This document shows, in pieces, positions 1 through 7,833 of a stretch of DNA of 64,000 nucleotides. The stretch lies in IMG/VR virus record IMGVR_UViG_3300044535_000472, positions 1 through 64,000 of that record; one strand, given 5' to 3'. Position 1 is the stretch's first letter. Every line of letters begins with the position of its first letter. The notes below the pieces were generated by a model that worked only from the letters and a program-made list of their open reading frames with translations, had not been told where the DNA came from and ran no database searches. Made by a program: the position numbers and the translations under genes. The DNA comes from a virus.

Positions 1-5
1 TTAAT

Positions 6-224
6 ATGTTATGTCTTATGTATAAATGGCAAGACAAGTGTTACCAGTTCTTATTACGCAAAGGTTTTAATAAGGAACAAGCCGATCATCATATCTTTAA
101 TTTTGTTAGAGATAATATGCACCGCGATTTTCATTTTAACGTGGACACCCGCGTAAATGAGAAAGATATGTTTAAGGTTTTAGTATGGCTTACAGCATAC
201 TACAACGAGAATTTAGTGTGTTAA
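6..224 (+). CDS. hypothetical protein
   Basis: ORF track, 72 aa; same strand and packing as neighbouring early genes. Confidence 0.6.
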   Translation: MLCLMYKWQDKCYQFLLRKGFNKEQADHHIFNFVRDNMHRDFHFNVDTRVNEKDMFKVLVWLTAYYNENLVC

Positions 225-243
225 ACCTTTTAATACTTATAGA

Positions 244-432
244 ATGAGTAAGTTGATTTTGTTTTTCTACTTGTTAACCGGGAAGGTTGAGAAGGTAGAC
301 GGGTTGTATACTATACATACACCCGAGAGTTCTGTTATTGAGTACGCTTGCAAAGGTGAAGTGTTATCGTATATAGAGACTGGTGTCTTTAAGTATGATG
401 ACTTCCTTTGTGAAGCAGGTGAGTTGGAATAG
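244..432 (+). CDS. hypothetical protein
   Basis: ORF track, 62 aa; A/T-rich leader. Confidence 0.6.
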   Translation: MSKLILFFYLLTGKVEKVDGLYTIHTPESSVIEYACKGEVLSYIETGVFKYDDFLCEAGELE

Positions 433-514
433 GTAGGAAGCCGGGGAGTTTTGTGATGATTTTCTCCCCGTGCTGTTCTATATTTTAAACAAGTTTAACT
501 TAATACTTAATACC

Positions 515-862
515 GTGGAAAAGAAGTCGTTTTTAATTGGCGCGAGCATAGCCTCCGCCGTGTGGCTATTTGTTATAACTATACTGTTATACAATGCCGA
601 ACCTGTTGTTATATGTGATTCACCATCATATTGTAACGAGTTACCTGCTGATAGTGCTAATGTTATGTACTATGAGCGTGGCTATTTCAATTGTCTTCGT
701 GATGCAAACCCAAGAATGTATAATGCTTATATCTTAAGCGTATATTACTTAAGGGGTGCAGAAGAACAGCGTGTTATTGATAGTGTTGTGTTTGCAGTTT
801 CTAATGAGTATAACTTTGATGATTCTGACCGTGAGTATTTACATACATTAATAACTGATTGA
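515..862 (+). CDS. hypothetical membrane-anchored protein
   Basis: Hydrophobic N-terminal helix (FLIGASIASAVWLFVITILLY). The track start is 470; GTG at 515 looks more likely because 443-470 forms a hairpin (GGGGAG/CTCCCC). Confidence 0.6.
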   Translation: MEKKSFLIGASIASAVWLFVITILLYNAEPVVICDSPSYCNELPADSANVMYYERGYFNCLRDANPRMYNAYILSVYYLRGAEEQRVIDSVVFAVSNEYNFDDSDREYLHTLITD

Positions 863-863
863 T

Positions 864-1082
864 ATGACAAGAGAACTTGCTAGAATTAAGACCATACAGA
901 AGTTTACTAACTTACTTGATGGCACGTTGTTACCAGGATATAGTGTGGCTCAAGTAATTAGTTACTATGAGTCACAGCTTCTTGGTGTTTCTACTGATAA
1001 TATTAGTAGGATAGATGGTATCACCGCCAACTTCATGGAGGATTATATAAATAATCTCGATGATGGTGATCAAATATTGTAA
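864..1082 (+). CDS. hypothetical protein
   Basis: ORF track, 72 aa; starts 1 nt after the previous stop. Confidence 0.6.
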   Translation: MTRELARIKTIQKFTNLLDGTLLPGYSVAQVISYYESQLLGVSTDNISRIDGITANFMEDYINNLDDGDQIL

Positions 1083-1151
1083 AGCGAAGAATGCATACTG
1101 CACTATAAACAAACTATGGTAAAGTTAAAACGCATTCTGTATCTTTACAAT
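1076..1151 (+). ncRNA. putative Y-RNA-like stem-loop, copy 1
   Basis: Lower stem ATTGTAAAG(1076-84)/CTTTACAAT(1143-51), internal loop, upper stem AGAATGC(1088-94)/GCATTCT(1132-38), then CTGCACTATAAA in an A-rich loop. Confidence 0.6.
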
Positions 1152-1154
1152 CTA

Positions 1155-1257
1155 TTATGTGTTTAGTTGTAGGTAGCAATACCATTTAAAGATGTGAATA
1201 CTATATTTAGAGCGGGTGCTTAACACATCCCAAGTATAGTTACAACTAAATGCATAA
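1155..1257 (+). ncRNA. putative pseudoknotted structured RNA
   Basis: 17-bp closing stem 1155-71/1241-57 with two G-U pairs; GGTA-GCAA-TACC GNRA hairpin; crossing helices GATGTG(1191-96)/CACATC(1224-29) and ACTATA(1200-05)/TATAGT(1235-40). Confidence 0.5.
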
Positions 1258-1489
1258 TTATTTATAGCCCATAAGGGCAAATTTTAAAATTATATACCTT
1301 ACATTATTCAATTGAAGTTAAATGGTGACGCCTATAATCTATTAGGCTATGTGTATTTACCCGAAGGTCAGTCTACCGGGATATTGCAGGAATGTAATAG
1401 TTACACAAATGATTGGTAAAAGAACTGTGACAGGTTCTAACCAAAGGTCGTTTGAAAGTTAAGGGTGCATGTCAAAGCACCGCAAGCTT

Positions 1490-1572
1490 GTTCTTATGTT
1501 AGTGAAGTATAGTTCAGCACTATAAAAACTACAATTATAAGGTTAAACAACTATTCTGTTTAACATAAGAGC
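1490..1572 (+). ncRNA. putative Y-RNA-like stem-loop, copy 2
   Basis: Lower stem GTTCTTATGTTA(1490-1501)/TAACATAAGAGC(1561-72); upper stem AGTATAGTT/AACTATTCT with one T-T mismatch; CAGCACTATAAA in the loop. Confidence 0.6.
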
Positions 1573-1577
1573 ATTTA

Positions 1578-1703
1578 GCACATGAAAGAATGAATCAGCA
1601 CTGTAAACTACAAATACAATGCTAACGGATAGGGATTCCCTGTCTAAGAGACGGTAGGCCACAGCAGTTAACTGTAAGGCTATTATCATTCTGTAGTATG
1701 TGC
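1578..1703 (+). ncRNA. putative Y-RNA-like stem-loop, copy 3, with extra internal hairpins
   Basis: Lower stem GCACATG(1578-84)/TATGTGC(1697-1703); upper stem AGAATGA(1587-93)/TCATTCT(1686-92); CAGCACTGTAAA in the loop. Confidence 0.6.
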
Positions 1704-1769
1704 AAAGCCGAGTAGTGATACTCGTGGCCTACCACTCTAAATTATTGTTTAACTAAAACCTTTTACACA

Positions 1770-3158
1770 ATGGACAATTTTGTCGATGCAATGTTTTCTA
1801 ATGACGCTTTTACCAATAACGGCGCAGTTACTCATAGTACTGCAGGTATAAGTTGTCTTGACCTGTTTTTTATAGCAGGTGCGAGCCGTTTTATGTCTGA
1901 AGAAGATATAATAACTCTTTTTATGCGTGCTTTCCGTGAGGATAAGCTTGCCGCTGTAAAGATTTTGTTCTGGGCACGTGATGCTCGTGGTGGTGCAGGT
2001 GAGAAGCGTTTCTTCCAAGTAATAATGAAGTACTTGGCTGAAAGATTACCTGAAGTACACGAGCAATTAGCTATACACATTCCTACTTTTGGGTATTGGA
2101 AGGATATATTTGTTACTGAATCTCCTAATGATAACAATCTTAATTGGTTGGCTACTCAATTAAAGGAGAATGCTAATGCTAATCTATTGGCCAAGTGGTT
2201 TCCTCGCAAGGGTCCGTGGTTTGTAGGTATGCATAAGTATATGGGTATCAGTGCAGGTGTATTCCGCCGTATGCTTACAAGTATGTCTAATACCGTGGAG
2301 CAAAAGATGTGTGCTAATGAATGGGAAACTATTTCTTATTCACAAGTACCCTCTGTTGCTGGTAAGAGATATGCTCAGGCCTTTACCAAACACGATTATG
2401 TAAGATACGCCTCTTATATTAGCGATGTTATGGAAGGTAAGGAGAAGATTAATGCCTCGGTATTATTCCCAAGTGACCTTGTAGCAAAAGTATTTACAGA
2501 ACACGATGTTCTTGCATACAATGCTATGTGGAAGAATCTTCCTAACTATATGGAAGGTTGCACTGAAAGAATCTTACCTGTTTGCGATGTTAGTGGTAGT
2601 ATGACGGGACAACCTATGGAAGTATCTATAGGATTGGGCCTCTATATCAGTGAGCGCAATGAAGGTCCTTTCAAGGATGTAGTGTTAACATTTAGTGAGT
2701 CACCGCAATTTCATAAGATAAGCGGTATGACATTAAGTGAAAGAGCACATAATCTTAGACAGGCTGATTGGGGTATGAATACTGATCTAGCTAAAACATT
2801 TAAGGTCATACTTGAACGCGCTATTGAAAACAAGGTTCCTCAAAAGGATATGCCTACCAAGTTACTGATTATCAGTGATATGGAGTTTGACCAAGCGTGT
2901 GGTAGACGCACTAATCTTGATGTTATCAGAAATATGTATGCTGAAACAGGTTACACAATGCCTGATATAGTATTCTGGAATGTTAACGGAAGATTGGGGA
3001 ATGTGCCGGCTAAGGCTAACACACCAAACACTGCCCTTGTTAGCGGGTATAGTCCAAGTATTATTACAAATATCTTGGGCGGTAAGGATTTGAGTCCTTA
3101 TAGTGTGATGATGGAAACTATTGGCAATGCGAGATACAACTGTATCAAACTTGACTAA
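1770..3158 (+). CDS. DUF2828-family (TROVE/Ro60-like) protein with C-terminal VWA domain
   Basis: FTNNGA, LDLFF, RDARGGAGEKRFF, LLAKWFPR motifs; VWA MIDAS DVSGSM, ISDMEFD and FWNV typical of DUF2828. The Ro60 relationship is my inference from architecture. Confidence 0.85.
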   Translation: MDNFVDAMFSNDAFTNNGAVTHSTAGISCLDLFFIAGASRFMSEEDIITLFMRAFREDKLAAVKILFWARDARGGAGEKRFFQVIMKYLAERLPEVHEQLAIHIPTFGYWKDIFVTESPNDNNLNWLATQLKENANANLLAKWFPRKGPWFVGMHKYMGISAGVFRRMLTSMSNTVEQKMCANEWETISYSQVPSVAGKRYAQAFTKHDYVRYASYISDVMEGKEKINASVLFPSDLVAKVFTEHDVLAYNAMWKNLPNYMEGCTERILPVCDVSGSMTGQPMEVSIGLGLYISERNEGPFKDVVLTFSESPQFHKISGMTLSERAHNLRQADWGMNTDLAKTFKVILERAIENKVPQKDMPTKLLIISDMEFDQACGRRTNLDVIRNMYAETGYTMPDIVFWNVNGRLGNVPAKANTPNTALVSGYSPSIITNILGGKDLSPYSVMMETIGNARYNCIKLD

Positions 3159-3170
3159 TTATATAATCTT

Positions 3171-3203
3171 AAAAGGGTGCGGGAACTATCTCGTACCCTT
3201 TTT
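3171..3203 (+). terminator. intrinsic terminator, possibly bidirectional
   Basis: AAAAGGGTGCGGGA-ACTA-TCTCGTACCCTTTTT. Confidence 0.8.
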
Positions 3204-3238
3204 ATTTCAATAAAGTAAATTTTTAAACTGTTATAAAT

Positions 3239-3415
3239 ATGAGCAAGATGCTTATTACAATTGAAGTTAGTATGCAAGATCTTTGGAAGCATACAGCACC
3301 GCGTGTTGAGAGAAACAAGAAAAAGTATTATCGTAAACGTAAACACAAGAAAAATGACGACGAGTCTAGAAACGCAAAAGATTACAAAGATTACTCTTAT
3401 AGAAGATATAAATAA
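3239..3415 (+). CDS. small basic hypothetical protein (58 aa, below the ORF-track cutoff)
   Basis: Translated by hand: MSKMLITIEVSMQDLWKHTAPRVERNKKKYYRKRKHK... Confidence 0.6.
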   Translation: MSKMLITIEVSMQDLWKHTAPRVERNKKKYYRKRKHKKNDDESRNAKDYKDYSYRRYK

Positions 3416-3551
3416 GAGTGTTCTGTTTTTATTTGGGAGAACCATTGATGTACAAGAGTTTGATACATTATATGATTTCTCTGAGTTTGAGCTAGAGTTA
3501 ACGCTCAAAGAGTTACAAAGTTATATTGATTTTAAAACATCTATAGGATGA
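3354..3551 (+). CDS. hypothetical protein
   Basis: ATG at 3354 (MTTSLETQK...) within track ORF 3261-3551; stop overlaps the next start (ATGA). Confidence 0.55.
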   Translation: MTTSLETQKITKITLIEDINKSVLFLFGRTIDVQEFDTLYDFSEFELELTLKELQSYIDFKTSIG

Positions 3552-3856
3552 GTAAGACAAAAAACACCCCGGAGTTTGAAGCAATGATGCGTGACCAAGA
3601 GATGACTGCATCATTTGACTATCAAGAAAAAGAACAATTGATGCAAGATCTTGCTGCACATGAAGCAATAGAGCAAGCATGTGATGAGTACATAGAAGCA
3701 CAAAAAGTTTTTATGGAGGCTCAGAAAAAGTTTAGTGATGCATTACAGGATTATAAAGACTATAAAGGTGGTCTTACGCCTAATGAAGAGCGTTTAGATG
3801 ATGCTGTTGCACAGTTAAATGATATGTTTAAGGGCTTTAACCCTAATGACATATGA
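3548..3856 (+). CDS. hypothetical coiled-coil protein
   Basis: ORF track, 102 aa; ATGA overlaps at both ends. Confidence 0.7.
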   Translation: MSKTKNTPEFEAMMRDQEMTASFDYQEKEQLMQDLAAHEAIEQACDEYIEAQKVFMEAQKKFSDALQDYKDYKGGLTPNEERLDDAVAQLNDMFKGFNPNDI

Positions 3857-4005
3857 GAAAGAGTAACGCTTATATCCTAATGTACTTTGTGTTAATCACA
3901 TTAGTAGGATTAATGACATCTTGTGCTACTACGCACAGTTGTGAAGACAGTTTTAAACCAAAAAGTAACGGGGGTTATAATTCTCGTGGTACTAATTGGT
4001 GGTAA
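3853..4005 (+). CDS. small lipoprotein (50 aa)
   Basis: Translated by hand: MRKSNAYILMYFVLITLVGLMTSC-ATTHSC...; basic N-terminus, hydrophobic core, lipobox-like MTSC. Confidence 0.65.
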   Translation: MRKSNAYILMYFVLITLVGLMTSCATTHSCEDSFKPKSNGGYNSRGTNWW

Positions 4006-4009
4006 GATA

Positions 4010-4136
4010 TTACCTCGCGTCACATACTTTTTTCATCGGGAAGGACAACGGTCCTCATTAAAGTTTAATTATTACTGTTAAATACAACGGTGACGCGGGG
4101 TAACCCTACCAGCTAGGACATGCTGCTGTTTTTTTT
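4010..4136 (+). ncRNA. candidate small RNA with its own terminator
   Basis: 14-bp GC-rich stem 4010-23/4090-4103 with one U-G pair favouring the + strand; inner AGGAC-AACG-GTCCT hairpin; CAGC/GCTG hairpin then a T8 tract. Confidence 0.5.
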
Positions 4137-4149
4137 CATAAATATACAT

Positions 4150-4181
4150 TACCCCCGAAGTCCAAGGGGGTATACCTTTTT
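4150..4181 (+). terminator. hairpin/terminator upstream of the PcfJ-like gene
   Basis: TACCCCC-GAAGTCCAA-GGGGGTA followed by TACCTTTTT. Confidence 0.5.
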
Positions 4182-4200
4182 ACAAATAAAACCAACTTAA

Positions 4201-5334
4201 ATGATTACTACTATAATTGGTAATTGTGGTCCACAAAAAGATACTTACCTTAATTTGAAAACACAACCTATTGATAAACAAAGGTTTGCATTCTTTAAGG
4301 GTAGTTTATATACGTGGACCGAGGAGACTCGTGCGGAGTCAGATACCCATGTATATTGGGCTGTTAATGTTTGTGATCCTAAATGGAATAAGACAAGCGG
4401 ACTATATCTTAAAAGAAATAGTGTAGCAGGTTGTACTTATGATAAGGTTACCAAGAAATTCAAGTGGTGGTATGGTAAACACGCTGTTATGGTTATGTCT
4501 AATATAGTTACTGATATGTGTAACTATTTTAAGACTGAATGGTTTACTAATGCACCGAAAGGTTTAATAGCCAGTACTACTAATGGTACTTTAAGTAAAG
4601 TATTGTTAGGTAAGGTTACTAATCCAAGAGACCATATCAAGGCTATTATTAAAGTTAACCCAACTTTACGTGGTATGAATATCTCTACAGAATTACTGTG
4701 GAAGTATTGTAATAAAAGTATAGGTTCAAGAATACAGGCTCTTTGTGATATGTTAAGCATAGCCAAGGACCCTAACCACGCTATTGAATATATGCTTGAA
4801 AAGGATTATCTAGACCATCATTTAAGTGACCTAGTTAAACAGGCTCAAATGCTTAATCGTAAGATAGATTTCAAGTGGTCTAAATCTCGTATAGCCGAAG
4901 TTCATATTGAATGGACCAAGGAGATTATGGATATAGAGCAGGAGTATGTTGAGCAAAAGGACTATAACTACATTAATGAGTTACCGGCTAATGGTTCTCT
5001 TGAACTTATCACAAATAGTAAAGACCTTTATATAGAAGGTAGAACTATGTCTCATTGTGTATTTACTAACTATGCGGATTCAGTAGAGAACAAGGGATAC
5101 TTTGTATTTAAGTTTACTGACCGTGATGTACGTGCTACCGTTGGTATTAACAAATATTGGGACAAGAATGAGTTTGTAGTTAACCAAATGTATGGTAAGT
5201 TTAATGGTGTTATAGACCGCTGTTACCGTGATTATGTGGATGAATGGGTAGCAAGACCTGATGTACAACAGTGGTTTAAGGATAACTATAAATCTAATGA
5301 GCTAGCATCACCACCAGAAGTGGTATGGATATAA
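4201..5334 (+). CDS. PcfJ-domain protein
   Basis: C-terminal LITNSKDLYIEGRTMSHCV motif and QMYGKFN, typical of PcfJ-like proteins. Confidence 0.8.
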   Translation: MITTIIGNCGPQKDTYLNLKTQPIDKQRFAFFKGSLYTWTEETRAESDTHVYWAVNVCDPKWNKTSGLYLKRNSVAGCTYDKVTKKFKWWYGKHAVMVMSNIVTDMCNYFKTEWFTNAPKGLIASTTNGTLSKVLLGKVTNPRDHIKAIIKVNPTLRGMNISTELLWKYCNKSIGSRIQALCDMLSIAKDPNHAIEYMLEKDYLDHHLSDLVKQAQMLNRKIDFKWSKSRIAEVHIEWTKEIMDIEQEYVEQKDYNYINELPANGSLELITNSKDLYIEGRTMSHCVFTNYADSVENKGYFVFKFTDRDVRATVGINKYWDKNEFVVNQMYGKFNGVIDRCYRDYVDEWVARPDVQQWFKDNYKSNELASPPEVVWI

Positions 5335-5339
5335 TTTTA

Positions 5340-5366
5340 AAAAGTGGGGGAGTAATCCCCTACTTT
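5340..5366 (+). terminator. intrinsic terminator
   Basis: AAAAGTGGGGGA-GTAA-TCCCCTACTTTT. Confidence 0.75.
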
Positions 5367-5392
5367 TATTTTACAATCTTAAAGAAACGATA

Positions 5393-5572
5393 ATGAGTGA
5401 GCAAGATAAAAGGCCCGTGTTTATGGGTAACTTTGAGCGTTTTAAGAAAGAAACGCAAGTAAAACATGAAGATGTTATGAGACAAGCAAAGAAACTAAAT
5501 GAAAAAATGACGCTTGCATTAGCTATGGCAACAGTTGCTATTATAACAGCTATTGCAGCTTTAGCTATATAA
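5393..5572 (+). CDS. small protein with a C-terminal transmembrane helix (59 aa)
   Basis: Translated by hand: MSEQDKRPVFMGNFERFKK...LALAMATVAIITAIAALAI. Confidence 0.6.
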   Translation: MSEQDKRPVFMGNFERFKKETQVKHEDVMRQAKKLNEKMTLALAMATVAIITAIAALAI

Positions 5573-5642
5573 TGCCGATTTTTTTCTAGTAATTATTGTA
5601 TATTAAAGCAATTTATAGTAAGCAGTTTTACCTTTGATATAT

Positions 5643-5915
5643 ATGTATTACCAGCTCCCAAATGGGAAAACAATATGGCTTGACGTTAATGATATTCTTA
5701 ATCTTACAGATAGGGATATTAGAGAACTCGTCGCCTGTAATGCTGGTGAACATTTATCCAATCCTTGGCATGGTGCTTCTATAAAAACGCAACAAGATGA
5801 TGAGGAAGACTTTCAAGATGAGGAAGAACAAGAGAACTATTATAAAGAGTTCTTTCCTGATGAGTTTCCTGATATAGCAGATGATGCTATAGACTTTGAC
5901 AATTTAGAAGACTAA
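5643..5915 (+). CDS. hypothetical acidic protein
   Basis: ORF track (TTG at 5634; ATG at 5643 preferred); D/E-rich C-terminal half. Confidence 0.7.
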   Translation: MYYQLPNGKTIWLDVNDILNLTDRDIRELVACNAGEHLSNPWHGASIKTQQDDEEDFQDEEEQENYYKEFFPDEFPDIADDAIDFDNLED

Positions 5916-5928
5916 AAACCAATTATTT

Positions 5929-6384
5929 ATGAGTTATCGTGTTATAGTATCCTCTAATGAGGACGGCTCGGTTATTTCTTTGAGTAAAAATAACCCAGTA
6001 TATGGATACATTCGTGTATCACAAAAGCGTTTAGTTATTAATAGGAAGGGCTGGGTAAATATGAAAGAATTATCCGCACTTGTCCAAGCTGATGTTGAGA
6101 CGCTTAAGCAATTAGATTGGAAAGCAGGTCAAGAACTTAATGGTCACATTGTGATTAAAGAAAGTGTTGAGCCTTTTTCCCCAGAGAATTCTGATAAAGA
6201 CCTTAAAGTAGCAGGTGACAGCGATGTTGTTTGTAGCATTAATGGTCAACCAATTTATCGTAAGTGTTTTTATGATCCTACTGCTAATGACGTTGATGTC
6301 TTAGTGCAGCATGATAATTTGGAAGAAATTCGTAGTGCTATGGCGGCTGCTAAGTTAGCAGAAGCAGACAATTTTAGTTTATAG
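5929..6384 (+). CDS. hypothetical protein
   Basis: ORF track, 151 aa; AAAAACCAATTATTT leader; followed by a terminator. Confidence 0.75.
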   Translation: MSYRVIVSSNEDGSVISLSKNNPVYGYIRVSQKRLVINRKGWVNMKELSALVQADVETLKQLDWKAGQELNGHIVIKESVEPFSPENSDKDLKVAGDSDVVCSINGQPIYRKCFYDPTANDVDVLVQHDNLEEIRSAMAAAKLAEADNFSL

Positions 6385-6407
6385 AGAGGGTAAGTTTACC
6401 CTCTTTT
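6385..6407 (+). terminator. intrinsic terminator
   Basis: AGAGGGTAA-GT-TTACCCTCT then TTTT. Confidence 0.7.
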
Positions 6408-6432
6408 TGTATAAAAACCAACTCAAATAAAT

Positions 6433-6912
6433 ATGAATAACAAGTACACTTTTGCACAAAAGGTAGTTTACAAAGGTAAGATGCAGTCTTACCAGTTGTA
6501 CGGTAATCCTGGCCGTAAACAGCAGGTGGTCTATGAAAAAGACGAGTTTAACGCACAGCAGAATTTTCTGTATAAGCGTGTATTATTCGGATTAAGTGTA
6601 TACTCCGAAGAAGAATTGGCGAAGATGCATTGGGATAAGAAAAAGCGTATCCAAAAGGTGCATAGTCGCGCGCAAAACGTTTTAAATATTTGGAAGCATC
6701 AGCTTACTAATCAATGGACAGCAGACCTATTAGGTAACCTCTTTTGGAATAGTAGCTTTGTTAAAGAATATTCTGAAAAATTTGTTAATGATATTGACCC
6801 TACGTATATTAGCAATCTAGAATTTAAATCTCTAGGTGTTAGTAAGAAGGAAGTAATTAACAAATTGATAGATGAAAAGGTGTTACCTTATAATTTTTAT
6901 CAACTAAAATAA
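6433..6912 (+). CDS. hypothetical protein
   Basis: ORF track, 159 aa. Confidence 0.75.
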   Translation: MNNKYTFAQKVVYKGKMQSYQLYGNPGRKQQVVYEKDEFNAQQNFLYKRVLFGLSVYSEEELAKMHWDKKKRIQKVHSRAQNVLNIWKHQLTNQWTADLLGNLFWNSSFVKEYSEKFVNDIDPTYISNLEFKSLGVSKKEVINKLIDEKVLPYNFYQLK

Positions 6913-6917
6913 ACGGC

Positions 6918-7229
6918 ATGAGACTCAGTGATTTAGATAACCGTGAAATTCTATTTATCTACTTTAGCAATAGAAAATGGTTAGATACCTATGAGGATAT
7001 ATTTGAGTATAAGTCAATAGAAGATGTTTTAAACGTTCTTGACTTTGGTCAAATCCGTATTACTCAACCTCTTACTGATGAGGATATCATAAAGATACAG
7101 GAATCTGAACATTTTATACTTGCTACTAATATCAATAGGAAACTTGAAGATATAGTAGATATGATTGAAGAGGCGGATAAAGATCTTTACACTGATGTCA
7201 AAGGCTGCTTTGAAAAAGCCAGGATTTAA
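6918..7229 (+). CDS. hypothetical protein
   Basis: ORF track, 103 aa. Confidence 0.7.
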   Translation: MRLSDLDNREILFIYFSNRKWLDTYEDIFEYKSIEDVLNVLDFGQIRITQPLTDEDIIKIQESEHFILATNINRKLEDIVDMIEEADKDLYTDVKGCFEKARI

Positions 7230-7232
7230 TCT

Positions 7233-7442
7233 ATGAAAACAACATTTATAATGAACGGGTCAACTAGACTTGTTCTCACTCCTGAAACGGAGGCTGAAGA
7301 GGTTATGTTAAAGCAACTAACCAAGCAAGATAATATTATTACACATGTAGGAGAGGGTAGTCATATTGCCCTTACTTATGGTGGTGATTCAATAATCATT
7401 ATGCAAAATTCTAATGTTACAACCCAAGCTGAAGAAATGTGA
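7233..7442 (+). CDS. hypothetical protein
   Basis: ORF track, 69 aa. Confidence 0.65.
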   Translation: MKTTFIMNGSTRLVLTPETEAEEVMLKQLTKQDNIITHVGEGSHIALTYGGDSIIIMQNSNVTTQAEEM

Positions 7443-7833
7443 TGGGTGCAGTGAAGTAACAACAATCTGGAAGAAAGAAGGTAAGCAAAAGTTTTGTAAG
7501 CAATGCTGGAGTAAACAATTTAAGGGTTTATCAAGCACTAAAAAACCAACTGCAAAGAAACCTATGCGCCTTCAATCTTCCAAGATTGTTAAACTTAATG
7601 CTGCATATACCATCCTTAGAGAGCAATTTTTGAAGAGAAAACCTCATTGTGAAGCACATTTACCCGGTTGTGCAATCAACGCAACGGACGTCCATCACAA
7701 AAAAGGTAGGACTGGTACTCTATTTCTAGATGATACCGAGTTTTTAGCAGTGTGTAGAACCTGCCATTCTTGGATAGAAGAGCACCCAAAAGAAGCAAAA
7801 CTATTAGACTTTAGTAAATCAAGAGAATCATGA
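7414..7833 (+). CDS. HNH-type nuclease with N-terminal zinc ribbon
   Basis: CDGC...CKQC; CEAHLPGC..ATDVHHKKGR...LAVCRTCHSWIE. Confidence 0.8.
   Translation: MLQPKLKKCDGCSEVTTIWKKEGKQKFCKQCWSKQFKGLSSTKKPTAKKPMRLQSSKIVKLNAAYTILREQFLKRKPHCEAHLPGCAINATDVHHKKGRTGTLFLDDTEFLAVCRTCHSWIEEHPKEAKLLDFSKSRES

Noticed and set aside
1191-1240. HDV-like/theta, twister, pistol or hammerhead ribozyme
   Set aside because: The pseudoknot topology is suggestive, but the conserved catalytic nucleotides are missing or in the wrong order; kept only as an unclassified RNA.
1076-1703. CRISPR mini-array
   Set aside because: The repeats are degenerate, self-pairing across the variable part and irregularly spaced; no cas genes are adjacent.
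1083-1769. tRNA, tmRNA, RNase P or group I intron in the noncoding region
   Set aside because: No TTCGA T-loop cloverleaf, no GGGG...CCACCA tmRNA ends, no RNase P P4 or intron P7 signatures.
4128-4139. Second TTTTTTCAT as another anti-AUG element
   Set aside because: Explained more simply as the U-tract of the terminator hairpin.
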